The notes beneath the pieces are model-generated. The model did no database searches. It had not been told where the DNA came from and saw nothing but the letters and a program-made list of their open reading frames with translations. Shown one piece after another: positions 24,880 to 36,276 of a DNA stretch of 64,000 bases. Numbering within the stretch: the first letter of the stretch is position 1; every line of letters starts with the position of its first letter. The stretch comes from Raja brachyura (lineage: Eukaryota). The position numbers and the translations under genes were made by a program. The stretch lies in NCBI GenBank assembly GCA_963514005.1, contig OY740799.1, positions 18,538,001 through 18,602,000 of the forward strand, read 5' to 3'.

Positions 24880-25290
24880 TTGAGGATAGGGAAAGGCCCT
24901 TCGGCCCACGATGTCTGTGCCGAACATGATGCTAAGTTAAACTAATCTTCTCTGCTTGCATGTGATACATATCTCTCTATTCCCTGTATATCTGTGCGCC
25001 TATCTAAAAGCTGCTTAAATGCCACCATCATGCCTGTTTCCACCACCACCCTGACCATGCATTCTAGGCACCTGCCATTTTCTATGTAAAAATAGGCACT
25101 GCATTTCTCCTTTAAACCCTCCCTGTGTGACCTTAAAGCTATACCCTCTATTTTTTGGTTTGGGAAAATATATGGACTGTTCTCCATATCTATGCCTCTC
25201 ATAATTTTGTATACTTATATCCAGTCTCCCCTCAACTTCTGACACTACAGAGAAAACAATCTAAGTTTGTCCAATCTTTCCCATAGTTAA
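24880..25290 (-). mobile_element. CR1/HER1-like LINE 3' fragment
   Basis: ggcccttcggccca tail and similarity to 685-1005 and 58535-58880. Confidence 0.55.
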
Positions 25291-26445
25291 TGGTTTATTG
25301 TTTCTGCCACGTGCCTGCCCCTGAAGGTATGTGACACCATCCCTCTTTAAACATTTCCGCATTGATTATATGGACCTCCCCATGGTAATGGTGTACAATA
25401 TTAAATAAAATCTTGCGTTCCTTTATCCATGAAACCTGAAACACAATGTTTTGTGGCTCTGAGAGTCATAGTCATACAGCATGGGAACAGGCCCCCAGCG
25501 CCCAGCTTGTCCATGCCGACCCATATGCCCCATCTATGCTAGTCCCACCTGCCCGCATTTGGCTCGTGTCCCTCTAAACCTTTCTTATCCATGTACCTGT
25601 CCGAATGTCTGTTAAATGTTGTTAATGTACCTGCCTCAACTACCTCCTCTGGCAGCTCCTTCCACTTACCCACTATCCAGGGAGTGAGTTTGAAGTGACA
25701 TTACTTTTGTTATGTGTTCTGTTGATACCCTTATACAATGGCCTGTATCTTTGGTTAATAGTTTCTAACATTTTGCACTTGGTGTGGTGATATTCTTATA
25801 CAACGCACTGAGAATTGTGTAATTACTCTTAATGTACTGCATAATGTGTATTACTACTATATAGAACTGCATGCTGTTGCATTAATACCCCCTTATAGCA
25901 CAGTTTATGGTGTGCTGACACTTTAACAAAGCACGCTGTACATTGTGCTAATATGTTTACTATGACAAATTGTGTTGTTAATGTTCAACATCATGCAGTT
26001 AATAATGTAACATACTAACTGATATGCATTTTAATTCCTTCATTTAAACGTTTTGTGTGCTGTGTTAATATGTGTGTCATGCTAAAATTATTATGCACTG
26101 CACTGTATCTTGAGTCAATTTTCAAACAAATTGTCCTGTAAGTTATGTTAATATCATGCAAATGTTGTTAATCCTCTAACTACAATATACTAAGTGTAGG
26201 TTTAGTACTGTTTTGTTCACACTCTAATACACTGCGCAGTGTGTTGTCAGGGACACTTCTTTTAAATTGTTTACTGCAAAATAGACATTTGGCTGTTCAT
26301 GTTCAATTAGTTGTACAGTAATTATGGAAGTAAAATGCCCTTGGTCTTCATTTAAATAACACGTTGTGGTCATTTCTGTGTGTTTTTCTGTACAACATGC
26401 AACCACATTGGTTCTAATCCTCGCTTTCCTCTTCATTTCTTTCAG

Positions 26446-26530
26446 GATGGGCTGCGGATGCTGGTGTCCCGGGACCTGGAATGCACAAGTACCTTGTACA
26501 TTCAATTCTCATTCAAGTTTATCACTAAAG
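26446..26530 (+). CDS. RELN: Reelin exon 11: [28 protein letters not shown]
   Basis: tttcag| ... g|gtctgt; 85 nt, phase 0-1. Confidence 0.93.
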
Positions 26531-28578
26531 GTCTGTTTAAAAAAAAATCTTACCCAAGCAAACAATATTGACCAGATATCCGACTTAAAAGTTCCAGAGT
26601 ATAAAAGCTATCTTGCATCTAATGCTGCAGAGACTAAAAGTAACATTAATAGCAAGCATTTAAATATAACAAAATAATATATATATTTGATGTTAGATGT
26701 TATTTCAAGTGACGTTCTTTGGCCATTTTGGATGACTGTTGCAACTCATGGAAAGTCCAAGGATTTTTGCAGGGAAGGTAATTTACCTGGCCAATTTTCT
26801 GATTGTGTTGCCTGTTTACTAGAGCACTGTGGCAGTTGTGCATGTTGCTTCCCTGTAACCCACTCGTGGCCAGGTGTCATATGGAACCAATGCAGGTAAC
26901 TGTCTGTTGAACGGTCCCCAGGAAGGTGGGGAACTTCCAAGTGTGCACTTTAGCAAGGTCAGTCAGGATCAGCAGAATATCCATTCTGCTATAAAGTGCC
27001 AAAGGGACCTGGTGGTCAATTGGCACCAAATTATCAAGATGTAAATTCCATTCATTCGTTCCATTCCGTGCAGCTAAACTGCAACTGTCAGAGTTGGACC
27101 GACCAATAATCATGTACGAGTTAATTAGTACGGGTATCAGGGGTTATGGGGAGAATGCAGGAAAATTGGGTTACGAGGGAGAGATAGATCAGCCACAATT
27201 GAATGGCGGAGTAGACCTGATGGGCCAAATGACCTAATTCTGCTCCTATCACTTATGGCCTTGGAGAGGTTGGACAGAGTAACATCATCTGATGAAAACT
27301 CTTTGCATTTTCTGGTAATTTGATTAAGAGCACATAGATCATTGTACATAAGATTTAGTGTGTATAACATGAGAATGAAGGGAGGGAGAAAGTAACGAGT
27401 ATCTGGACGGGTACTGAACATATAAAGCTATGATTTAATACCTAAACACAACTCTGCACTGAGGTACAGACATCTGAAAATATCAGGAGTCTCTGAAGTC
27501 AATATATTAAAGCACTTCTCATGACAGCATGTTAAAATGACAGAAGGATTATCTCATCTTATGAGCTAAATATTTAACAACTGAGTTACAGAGACATACT
27601 CAGCCGCCATTTAGATTAAAAAAGGGAAGCACTCAGTTTGAATGCAGATTTCAAAATTAGTTTATTAATGGATATTTTCCTCGCTGCTTAAAAGGAGTTG
27701 CTTTCTTTGTAGATATGCAGTTATTCCAGAGACTGGTTAATGCAGAGCCCATAAAATGTTACTAACATTCATTGTCAGAATGTGGGTCATACATTTAAAT
27801 TAAAAGTATCAGTGCAGGCTTCAAGCCCAAAGCTAGTCCGTTGTTATTTTGCATTTACATTTAAACAGAGTGATTTGTAGCATTTCTAGATCCAGAACGA
27901 CATTTACATTGTTTTAGTATTGAATTTCATTGCAATATGAAATATTCTAAAGCATTTCCATCAGTTGCTGATAAGTATTATATTCAGCTTCTGTTTTTTT
28001 AATATATTTGCCCCTCTTTCAATTTATTCTCCAGTCCCAATGTTAACATGTTAGTTCATTGTATTTATTTTACTCAGGAGTGATATGTAAGCCAGTTATT
28101 CCATCTGGTTAAGGTAGAAGGGTAGTAATTGTTTTTCACCCTGTCTGGTTTCAGTGACTTGGACACTAAGGTTTCTGAAGTTGGCCCTGGCTATGCAAAG
28201 TGTTGGGATTCTAAAGGCATCCTGGTTTGTAACGTATGATGCGCTCAAATAAACTATTTGATGCTGTGAATGACTTGGAGTGTGAGCTGATGGAGTTGAT
28301 CAGCACGACCTGGCAACGTTCTAAGGGCTGCATTCTGCATTTGTCAATCATGCATCGAGAGAGTTTTTACAACTCTCAGTGGAGTTTCTAAACTCTGATT
28401 AATTACATTTATGCAGACTGACTTTTAGTGGATATTTTTGTAAACTTAAATTAATTTATTAGTGCCTGCCATTTCTGTGATAAATTGTGGGTTAGCAACA
28501 ATGTGGTTGCGGTTCAGCCTCGTCCTGAATTGGTCTGATGGGAATTATACTGATCCCAACGCTGTCTCTTTGGCTCAG

Positions 28579-28761
28579 GTGCTCCCGACCGCTCGCATTC
28601 TGTTCTGCTGCAGTACTCCATCAACGGTGGCATTACCTGGCATTTGATGGATGAATTATACTTTCTTCAGACAACAGAGGTGCTCTTTATTAATGTCCCC
28701 TTCCCACACACTGCCCAGACCAATGCTACCCGGTTCCGCCTCTGGCAACCTCACAACGAAG
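28579..28761 (+). CDS. RELN: Reelin exon 12: [25 protein letters not shown]...[11 protein letters not shown]
   Basis: gctcag| ... g|gtaaca; 183 nt, phase 1-1. Confidence 0.95.
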
Positions 28762-28973
28762 GTAACACATTGGAATTATATTTACATTGTTCTTTCATTA
28801 AATCATTTCTGCCACCTTTTTATTCAGTTTGCTATAGGTTTTTCAAAAATAATTTTATTTGAAGAATACAGATGGACATTCTATTTATTAAAGCTGAATC
28901 TGTGAAGTTCTGTTGAACTTTGCAATATGACATGTGTGTGTTAAGAATAAGACTAGATCAAGGATAATGTTAT

Positions 28974-29127
28974 AGAAGCAAAATGTTGGAGTAACAGTCT
29001 GAAGAAGGGTCTCGACCCGAGACATCACCCATTCCTTCTCTCCAGAGATGCTGCCCATCCCGCTGAGTTACTCCAGCATTTGGTGCCTATCTTCGGTTTA
29101 AACCAGCATCCGCAGTTCCTTCCGACA
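28974..29127 (+). mobile_element. Miniature Penelope-derived element with a short inverted 5' piece
   Basis: Carries ctgaagaagggtctcgacccgagac...gctgagttactccagc...agcatccgcagttcc. 15-bp TSD caaggataatgttat at 28959-28973 and 29128-29142. Confidence 0.8.
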
Positions 29128-30036
29128 CAAGGATAATGTTATGCTATAAATTAAATCTCTAATATACTTAATTCTTCTGTACTCGCTCCGAGTTGGGAAT
29201 ATGCAGATGCAGAGGGGAGCTCACTGAATCAATCCACCCTTACCATTACCCCTCAATGCCAACAGTAAACCACAGTATCCCGTTTCCGTTTCTTGAGCCA
29301 GTAATGCACCAGAAATCAGAAATCCACAAAAGATGGGATCAAACTTGCTAACATTTCACTGCAGGGCACAAAGATTCTGCAAGTCAACCTTAGCTGAGCT
29401 TCCTTTGTTCACATGTAAAATTGGCAAATGTGTCCTATTACAACATTTCTCATGGCAACAATGAACTAATAATTCCTCTGCAGCTGTGTAAATGACAATG
29501 TAGTTAACCCCGCATTGTCTGCAGAAGGGACATGACCCACCTCTACAATTAAGTTAGGAAATTTGGTTGATAAAGTTACACTGACATTCAGAGTGGTTTA
29601 CCAACACTGGAAACGATAAGCCCGGGGACAGTATCACTCTCAATCTGTGTTAACAACTTTCATTTTGACCATTGATTAAATAATTCCATAAATGAACATT
29701 TCAATAATTGTTCAATGAGGCACCAATTATTTAATCTTTTTAGTTACCTTTTGCTGTAATGTCTACAATGCTTGATTAAAAGTAAATTGTACCTGGCAGC
29801 TGCATGTTAATGATTTAAAAAATATATGTTAGTGTATGCAGTCTTAGTTAATTTTTGTGGAATTGTAAGATTGGTGAGTTCATATTGAGGCAATTAAGAT
29901 GGGAAATACAATAGTAACCTTGTTAAATGCATTCACACAGAATTAATAATTGACTTTTAACCAATTTGCTAAAAAAAAACAGTTTGTTGGGATGTTATAG
30001 CCAAATTCACTCTAATGTTTGTGTTCTACAATAAAG

Positions 30037-30208
30037 GACAAATGGAAGAAATCTGGATTATTGATGATCTTATTATTGATGGGAACAATGAGAAAAATCA
30101 TGCTGTTTTGTTGGAAACGTTCGACTTTGGGCCAAAGGAGGAAAACTGGTTATTCTATCCTGGTGGAAACATTGGTCTTTATTGTCCCTATATATTAAAG
30201 GGAACCAC
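30037..30208 (+). CDS. RELN: Reelin exon 13: [15 protein letters not shown]...[21 protein letters not shown]
   Basis: ataaag| ... ac|gtaagc; 172 nt, phase 1-2. Confidence 0.92.
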
Positions 30209-30589
30209 GTAAGCATAACGGCTTCTCCAGTCCATTGGTTATTGGTCTCTGACTGTGTGTGTTAACAATAAGCGTTTATTACTCTTGATTAATGTCCAGG
30301 CTCTTAAGTCATAAGATCATAAGGAATAGGAGTAGAATTAGACCATTTGGTTCATCAAGTCAGAGTAGGCTGGACATTAATCAAGGCTGATCTATCTCCC
30401 CCTCCTAACCGCCTTCTCCTGCCTTTCCCTCCATAACCTCTGACACCCGTACTAATCAAGAAATAAAACATTCCTTAACGTCTCCACCTTTCTGCCACTT
30501 ATTCCACTTTAAGGATGCTTCTTAAAACCTTCCTCTTTTAGCAAACCGCTCCTAAGGCCCAACATTTCCTTCTGGCATGCATCACGTTG

Positions 30590-30730
30590 GCCTAGCGGTA
30601 GAGCTACCACCTTACAGCGCCAAAGACCCGGGTTTGTTCCTGACTACTCGTGCTATCTGTACGTTTGTACATTCTCCCCGTGACCTGCGTCGGTTTTCTC
30701 CGAGATCTTCGGTTTCCTCCCACACCTGGT
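30590..30730 (+). mobile_element. HE1-like SINE 5' fragment
   Basis: agcggtagagct...gacccgggttt...tgtacattctccccgtgacctgcgt...ggtttcctcccaca. Confidence 0.65.
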
Positions 30731-31570
30731 ATCTTGGAAACACGAGCGGCCCGAGACATTATCCCCGTTGCATTTCCCCAGGTATCCTTCTCAACATGTG
30801 CTTTTTTGGGCAAATTATATCAGATTTCTAAATGATCTGTTTTATATATTTTTTTAAGCATTGGAAAATGTTGTTGTATTAACTGTCAGGGAATGATTGC
30901 ATCGTCAAGGGCATAGTGACCAGAAACACGTCAGAAATGTGTCAGCATCACACCTCTTCATAGGCTTTGGCAATGTAGGTTTAGGCTATAGGCGTAGGCG
31001 TAGTCAGGCTCCTTTTGCAAACTACATTACTGCATTATATGCTAATTAACCTCCGGTACATGTCAACTCATCTGCAGATCCTTTTAGTGACGTTCTGAAG
31101 ATTTGCTCTAATGTTTTTACCTCACACCTTTTCTTACATTTTATTTACAAAGGAGCATTACATCATCAGCAAAACAAAACTAAAGCTAAAATGTAGTTCT
31201 CATCAGGAAGCTTCTTTCCAATCATTGAAGTGAGTACCAGTTGTAGATGGTCTCCAATGTAGCAGCATCCACTCCCCAGAGATGCCTGGGAATGAACCTT
31301 ATCTCAAAAGATGACTAGACAGTCAGGTGGCGTTGGTGGAGAAGGGGAGCTTCTCTGGCTGCTCTTTAGTTTGGGAATCACTTTTCCTCTTAACAAATGT
31401 TTTTAGTGACATACACGACTATCATAGCATTGCTTCTTTCAATATGCAATCCTCTGAATGCTCCCAAGCAATGCTTGTTGCAGTGTTAACACCCTATCTT
31501 AGCAAGCGGATTTAGCTCCGTAATTACTGTGCAGTTATTTTTATTTTAACGTTGTGTCTCTGTGAACAAG

Positions 31571-31673
31571 GGAGGAAGATTCTGCCATAGTCTTCGTGTC
31601 AAACATGGTTGGGGAACATTCCATCACCACACGTGATCTGGATGTTAATGAGAACACCATCGTTCAGTTTCAG
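31571..31673 (+). CDS. RELN: Reelin exon 14: [34 protein letters not shown]
   Basis: aacaag| ... cag|gtaatt; 103 nt, phase 2-0. Confidence 0.92.
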
Positions 31674-32448
31674 GTAATTCTCTATGTTAACTGTACCTGC
31701 CTATTTTTTAGCAACCTATAATTTTTGGACATTGACTGCACGTATTTAGCATTTAGGCCACACAGCAACTAATGTTGGTCCCTAAATGGTGCATTTGATT
31801 AACTTAGGTTCCTGAGTGTCCACCAAGATTGTTTATCAGTTTTCAAATTCTTTGGCCCATCACTCACTTCATACTGAACTCACACAGCACAGGCCAGATG
31901 ACAAATCAAACTAATCATTTCCACAAAGGGATACTTTGACTGTAAACAGGGCAATGGAGCCCAAACCAGAACCTCAAAATACATTGAGTAATAGCAGGGA
32001 AACCAACATTAAAAAATGTAACCTCAAGATTGACCTTTCAATCATTTAAAACAGGCCTCTCGAAAGGAATACTAACAAATAATTAATGGGTTAATCTGCT
32101 AATATACCAAGCAATGGTTATTAGGTCTTAAAATAGAACATGTGTAGCTCTGGAAAGAATTAGTGATAAATATTCCTCGGTGCATAGAGAAGGTAAAACA
32201 TCTGCCGATATATTTACCTTGACAACAGCACAGCTGTAAGAATTATTAAGAACAAAAGAGAAATAATCTGGGTCATATCAAAGATGTCCTCAGAATATTT
32301 TGAATTTTCCCAAATCGTCTTTGAATCAAAACCTTGTTGCTCTTCAAATGAAAACCTTCCTAGGCCAAACGCTTGCATTTCTGCAATAATGTGTAATAGC
32401 ATCACTGAGTTAAAACAGAAAAAATGCATGTGTTTTCTATAATTTCAG

Positions 32449-32675
32449 ATCAACGTTGGATGTAACATAGATAGCTCAGCTTCTGATCCTATTAGATTGG
32501 AGTTCTCACGTGATTTTGGAGCCACGTGGCACTTGCTCCTGCCTCTCTGCTACAGCGGTGGACACATCAGCTCACTTTGTTCAACTGAGCTCCACCCCAG
32601 CAGCACCTATTATGCTGGAACAACCCACGGCTGGAAGAGGAAGGTCATCCATTTTGGCAGGCTCCATCTTTGCGG
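32449..32675 (+). CDS. RELN: Reelin exon 15: [10 protein letters not shown]...[17 protein letters not shown]...HFGRLHLC
   Basis: tttcag| ... gg|gtgagt; 227 nt, phase 0-2. Confidence 0.95.
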
Positions 32676-33286
32676 GTGAGTTCCTAATTCAGAATTTAAA
32701 AGAAAGCTTTATTTAAATATTTTTTTTATCTTTCCACACACTTAAACTGGTAATCTAGTGATTCAAAAGAGTCGGCAGCCTTCTGTCCCATTTGCACATT
32801 GATGGTCAGCAGTTTGCTGAGCCTTGCCTGGTCTGGCCTGGTGTAGCTCAGGAGCTCAGTTGCACTGCCATTCTCTGCTGCACCTGAACAAGTGAAGGCT
32901 GTGGCCTGAAAGGTGCAATAATTCCCAACTCCTATTTTGTCTGGACCCACTTTTCATTCAATTGCGCTTTCTGCTTCCTCACACCTCTTCTGATAGCCTT
33001 CTGAACAATCAGACTCTGATGGTCCTGACCAGTTGTGGCTATCTCCTCTTCGTCCAGTTTGGTGCTCATCACATTTAATTTCTTCTTGTGGCAGAGGTAC
33101 AGATGCATAACAGGTCATGACCCTGTCGTCAGTTCACTGCATAGATTTCCATGGAACTACCACTGTAATACACCCAATGAACATGAGATGCTGGAGTAAC
33201 TCAGCAGGTCAGGCAGCAACTCTGGAGAAAGTGGATAGGTGACGTTTCAGTTTGGGACCCTTCTGCAGCCTTTTCAGACTTCTTTA

Positions 33287-33885
33287 TGGGCCTGTCCCAC
33301 AGGCAATTTTTTTTCTTCAACTTCCGACGGCTGTCATAGTCGTAGCAAGTCGCCAATAAATTGGCGACTGGACCCCCCTACGACAATGTCTACGACAATG
33401 TCTACAACAACCTACAACCTAGTCGATGCCAAGCTACGGAAAGCTACCGACAACCAGCAACCCATTAGGGCGTCCACCTACGACACACCTACAAAAACCT
33501 ACATCCACCCGCGACAAGCTACGACAAAGCACGACCCTGTCGGCGACAATTGAAGACAATTTAAGACAATTCACTCGCCGGTACTTGTCACCGGTTGACA
33601 TAGGTAGTTGCCAATGGAATTCACCGTAGTCAGCACCGGCGACAACTTACGTCATCCTGGCAACAACCGACGTCATCCTGGTGACAGCGCCTACGTTAGG
33701 CTACGATAATTGGCGTCAACTGTCGCCGAAAAGTTTTGAACATTTCAAAATCCGGCGGCGACCAGAAAAAAGGTACGACTCTTTGGGCAACCGAGGAGAC
33801 CAGACAGGTGACACCCCGGCGACCATGTGGCGACAGACTAGTCGCCTGTAGTCGCCTAAAAAATCACCTAAGTGGGACAGGCCCA
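33287..33885. mobile_element. PIF/Harbinger-type MITE
   Basis: TIRs TGGGCCTGTCCCAC / GTGGGACAGGCCCA, TTA TSD (33284-86, 33886-88), internal cgac sub-repeats. Nested in a Penelope-derived fold-back element (~33185-34010). Confidence 0.8.
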
Positions 33886-34346
33886 TTAGGCTTTTTCAGT
33901 CCTACCTGAAACGTCATCTATCGCTTTTCTCCAGAGATGCTGTTTGACTTGCTGAGTTACTCCAGCATTTTGTGACTATCTTTGATATAAACCAGCATCT
34001 GCAGTTCCTTTTTATTACCCAATAAACATGGCTTAGTAATGAGTGTATGCAGGTACACTCCAGGTCTTCTATGTGGGTGAACTTATCCGTCCACGAAAAA
34101 TGTAGACGCACCTGGGGTAGTAAAGATGGGAAAAGGACAGATGTTGTTTCGGGTTGGGCCCTTCTTCAGACTGGAAAAGACCAGGATAGAGATCTGAAGG
34201 AGGACCCCTACCCTTCTCCCTCCACACATGCTGCCTGGCCTGCAGAGTTCCTCCAGCACTTGCCGTTTTGCTCAGCATTTACCGCTTGTTTGAAATCTTC
34301 TTTTGTTTAGCTCATGCCTGGGAAATATTACTGCTTGTTTCCACAG

Positions 34347-34567
34347 GTCAGTGCGGTTTCGCTGGTACCAGGGCTTCTACAGGCTAGGCTCTCAACCAGT
34401 GACCTGGGCCATTGATAATGTTTACATCGGGCCCCAGTGTGAGGAGATGTGTAACGGTCACGGTAGTTGCATCGGTGGAACCCACTGCATTTGTGACGCC
34501 AGGTATTCCGGGCCCACCTGCAAAATCAGCTCCAAAAATCCAGACTTCCTGAAGGGAGATTTTAAAG
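34347..34567 (+). CDS. RELN: Reelin exon 16: SVRFRWYQ...[20 protein letters not shown]...KGDFK (EGF of repeat 5)
   Basis: ccacag| ... g|gtaggt; 221 nt, phase 2-1. Confidence 0.95.
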
Positions 34568-36128
34568 GTAGGTTGGAAAAAATGATTGTGGGTTTGTACT
34601 CGGTAAAATTATAATAGTAGTATAAAATGATTGTAGGTTTGTGAGGCCTGGGTTAAAACAATCAAACAGATTGACTCTATCTACAGAGAATTGAAACAGT
34701 CAGTCTGTTCTACCATTTGGTGTAATAATCTGAACGACGCATAATTTCCAGGATATTTGACACTGAATGGAGAATACGTCCAAAATCAGGATGTAGGTGG
34801 GAGCCAGTGAACGGTGGGTATTGTAACTTGTGTCTGCGTGTGGTGGAGGGGATTTGATATGTGTGGTACAGTGGGAAGTGGTGGGTGTGGACAATGGGAG
34901 GGTGCGGGGTGCAGATGCAGATGGGCAGATGCGGAGGGTGGGCAGGAGGTGGTGGGTGGAGGTGGGCATGATTAGATGTGGGTGTGGGTGGACATGGAGC
35001 ATATGTAGTCAAGGGTAGTGTTTGCAGCTGTGAATGAGGATGATGGATGTGGGCAGAGGTGAGGGGGAAGCAGGATGTGGGCAGTTGTTGTGTAGGGTGG
35101 TGGATCTGAGCAGTAATGGGATTAGGGATTGCATGTGCTGCTGGGCGGGTGATGTTGAGGGTGGGTGAAGGTTGGGATAGAGGCTGTCAAAGGGTGTAGG
35201 AATTTCTTTCAATTGCTTCCGGTCACACATTAAACACATTCATTGTAAAAATCAAGGATCATCGAGCAGAAATCCCCACCCGTTCCCTGTGGCTGGTGGG
35301 GGTATTAGTGAAATGCAGTCCCCTCCACCATCAGTAGGGAACAGTGACACTCAGCTCAAAACTAACACCCAGCCAGTTGGGAAGTTGGAGCTTCATAATG
35401 TGGGCAGGTGCTGGGCAGTGTGTAAGGTGCAACTCGTTCGAATGCTGTGGACACCGTTGCATCAAGATAGAGTAGCTAGGTGTTCCCTGTCTGTCAGCGT
35501 TGTACATTTATAAAATTCAATGTAAGAAAAGAAATATTTACAGTCGATTTTGCTTCAACATGTGCTGGCAGTTCAGTCAAAGTTTTATGAGCATGTGTGA
35601 CAGGCACAGGAGTTGTCGCTGGTGGTTCAGTTTTTAGTCATGATTGTTAAAGGAGCCGGGGTCAGGAATCCCTGTCTTTCCACGGTACTTTAGCAGAGTG
35701 TCTGATGTTGGAATGAGGCCCTAAACCCACAAACGTTAACACAATGAGGTGAGGCAAATGCAACCAGTGAGCATTGAAAACATCTGCCATTACTGCAGTG
35801 TTTAATGAATATAATTATTGCTTGGCTTGAAATGTCAGGCTGCCAGAGTGCTTGCAGCGATGAAGCAGGCTATGAACGTTGTCGAGAGTGAGCAAAGGAG
35901 GAGGTTAGGGCCGATCCATTAAGATTACATTGAGCTTTATGTTTCTCTGAAGGACTATTCACAGGTTAACAGTTCAGAAACCTCTAAGATGTCAAGATAA
36001 TACATGTCTGCATCATATTTAAGGCTGTAATCCACTTTGAGTTTATATTAGTCAACTGATGTGGCAGCCACTTTGAAACATTTTTGGCAAATCAAACGTA
36101 ACCAATCCGGACTTCCTTTCATTCTTAG

Positions 36129-36276
36129 GTCCAACAGACCCTGAGAGGTTTTTGGTGGTGAGTGGCGGCAAACCATCCAGGAAATGTGGTCTAATGTCCA
36201 GTGGAAACAGCCTCTTCTTCAGTGAGGAGGGCCTACGCATGCTGGTGACTGTTGACATGGATTTGTCATACGCAAG
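36129..36276 (+). CDS. RELN: Reelin exon 17: [20 protein letters not shown]...VDMDLSYA
   Basis: tcttag| ... ag|gtattc; 148 nt, phase 1-2. Confidence 0.94.

Noticed and set aside
34700-35012. His/Pro-rich minus-strand ORFs
   Set aside because: They are translations of the G/T-skewed low-complexity tract.
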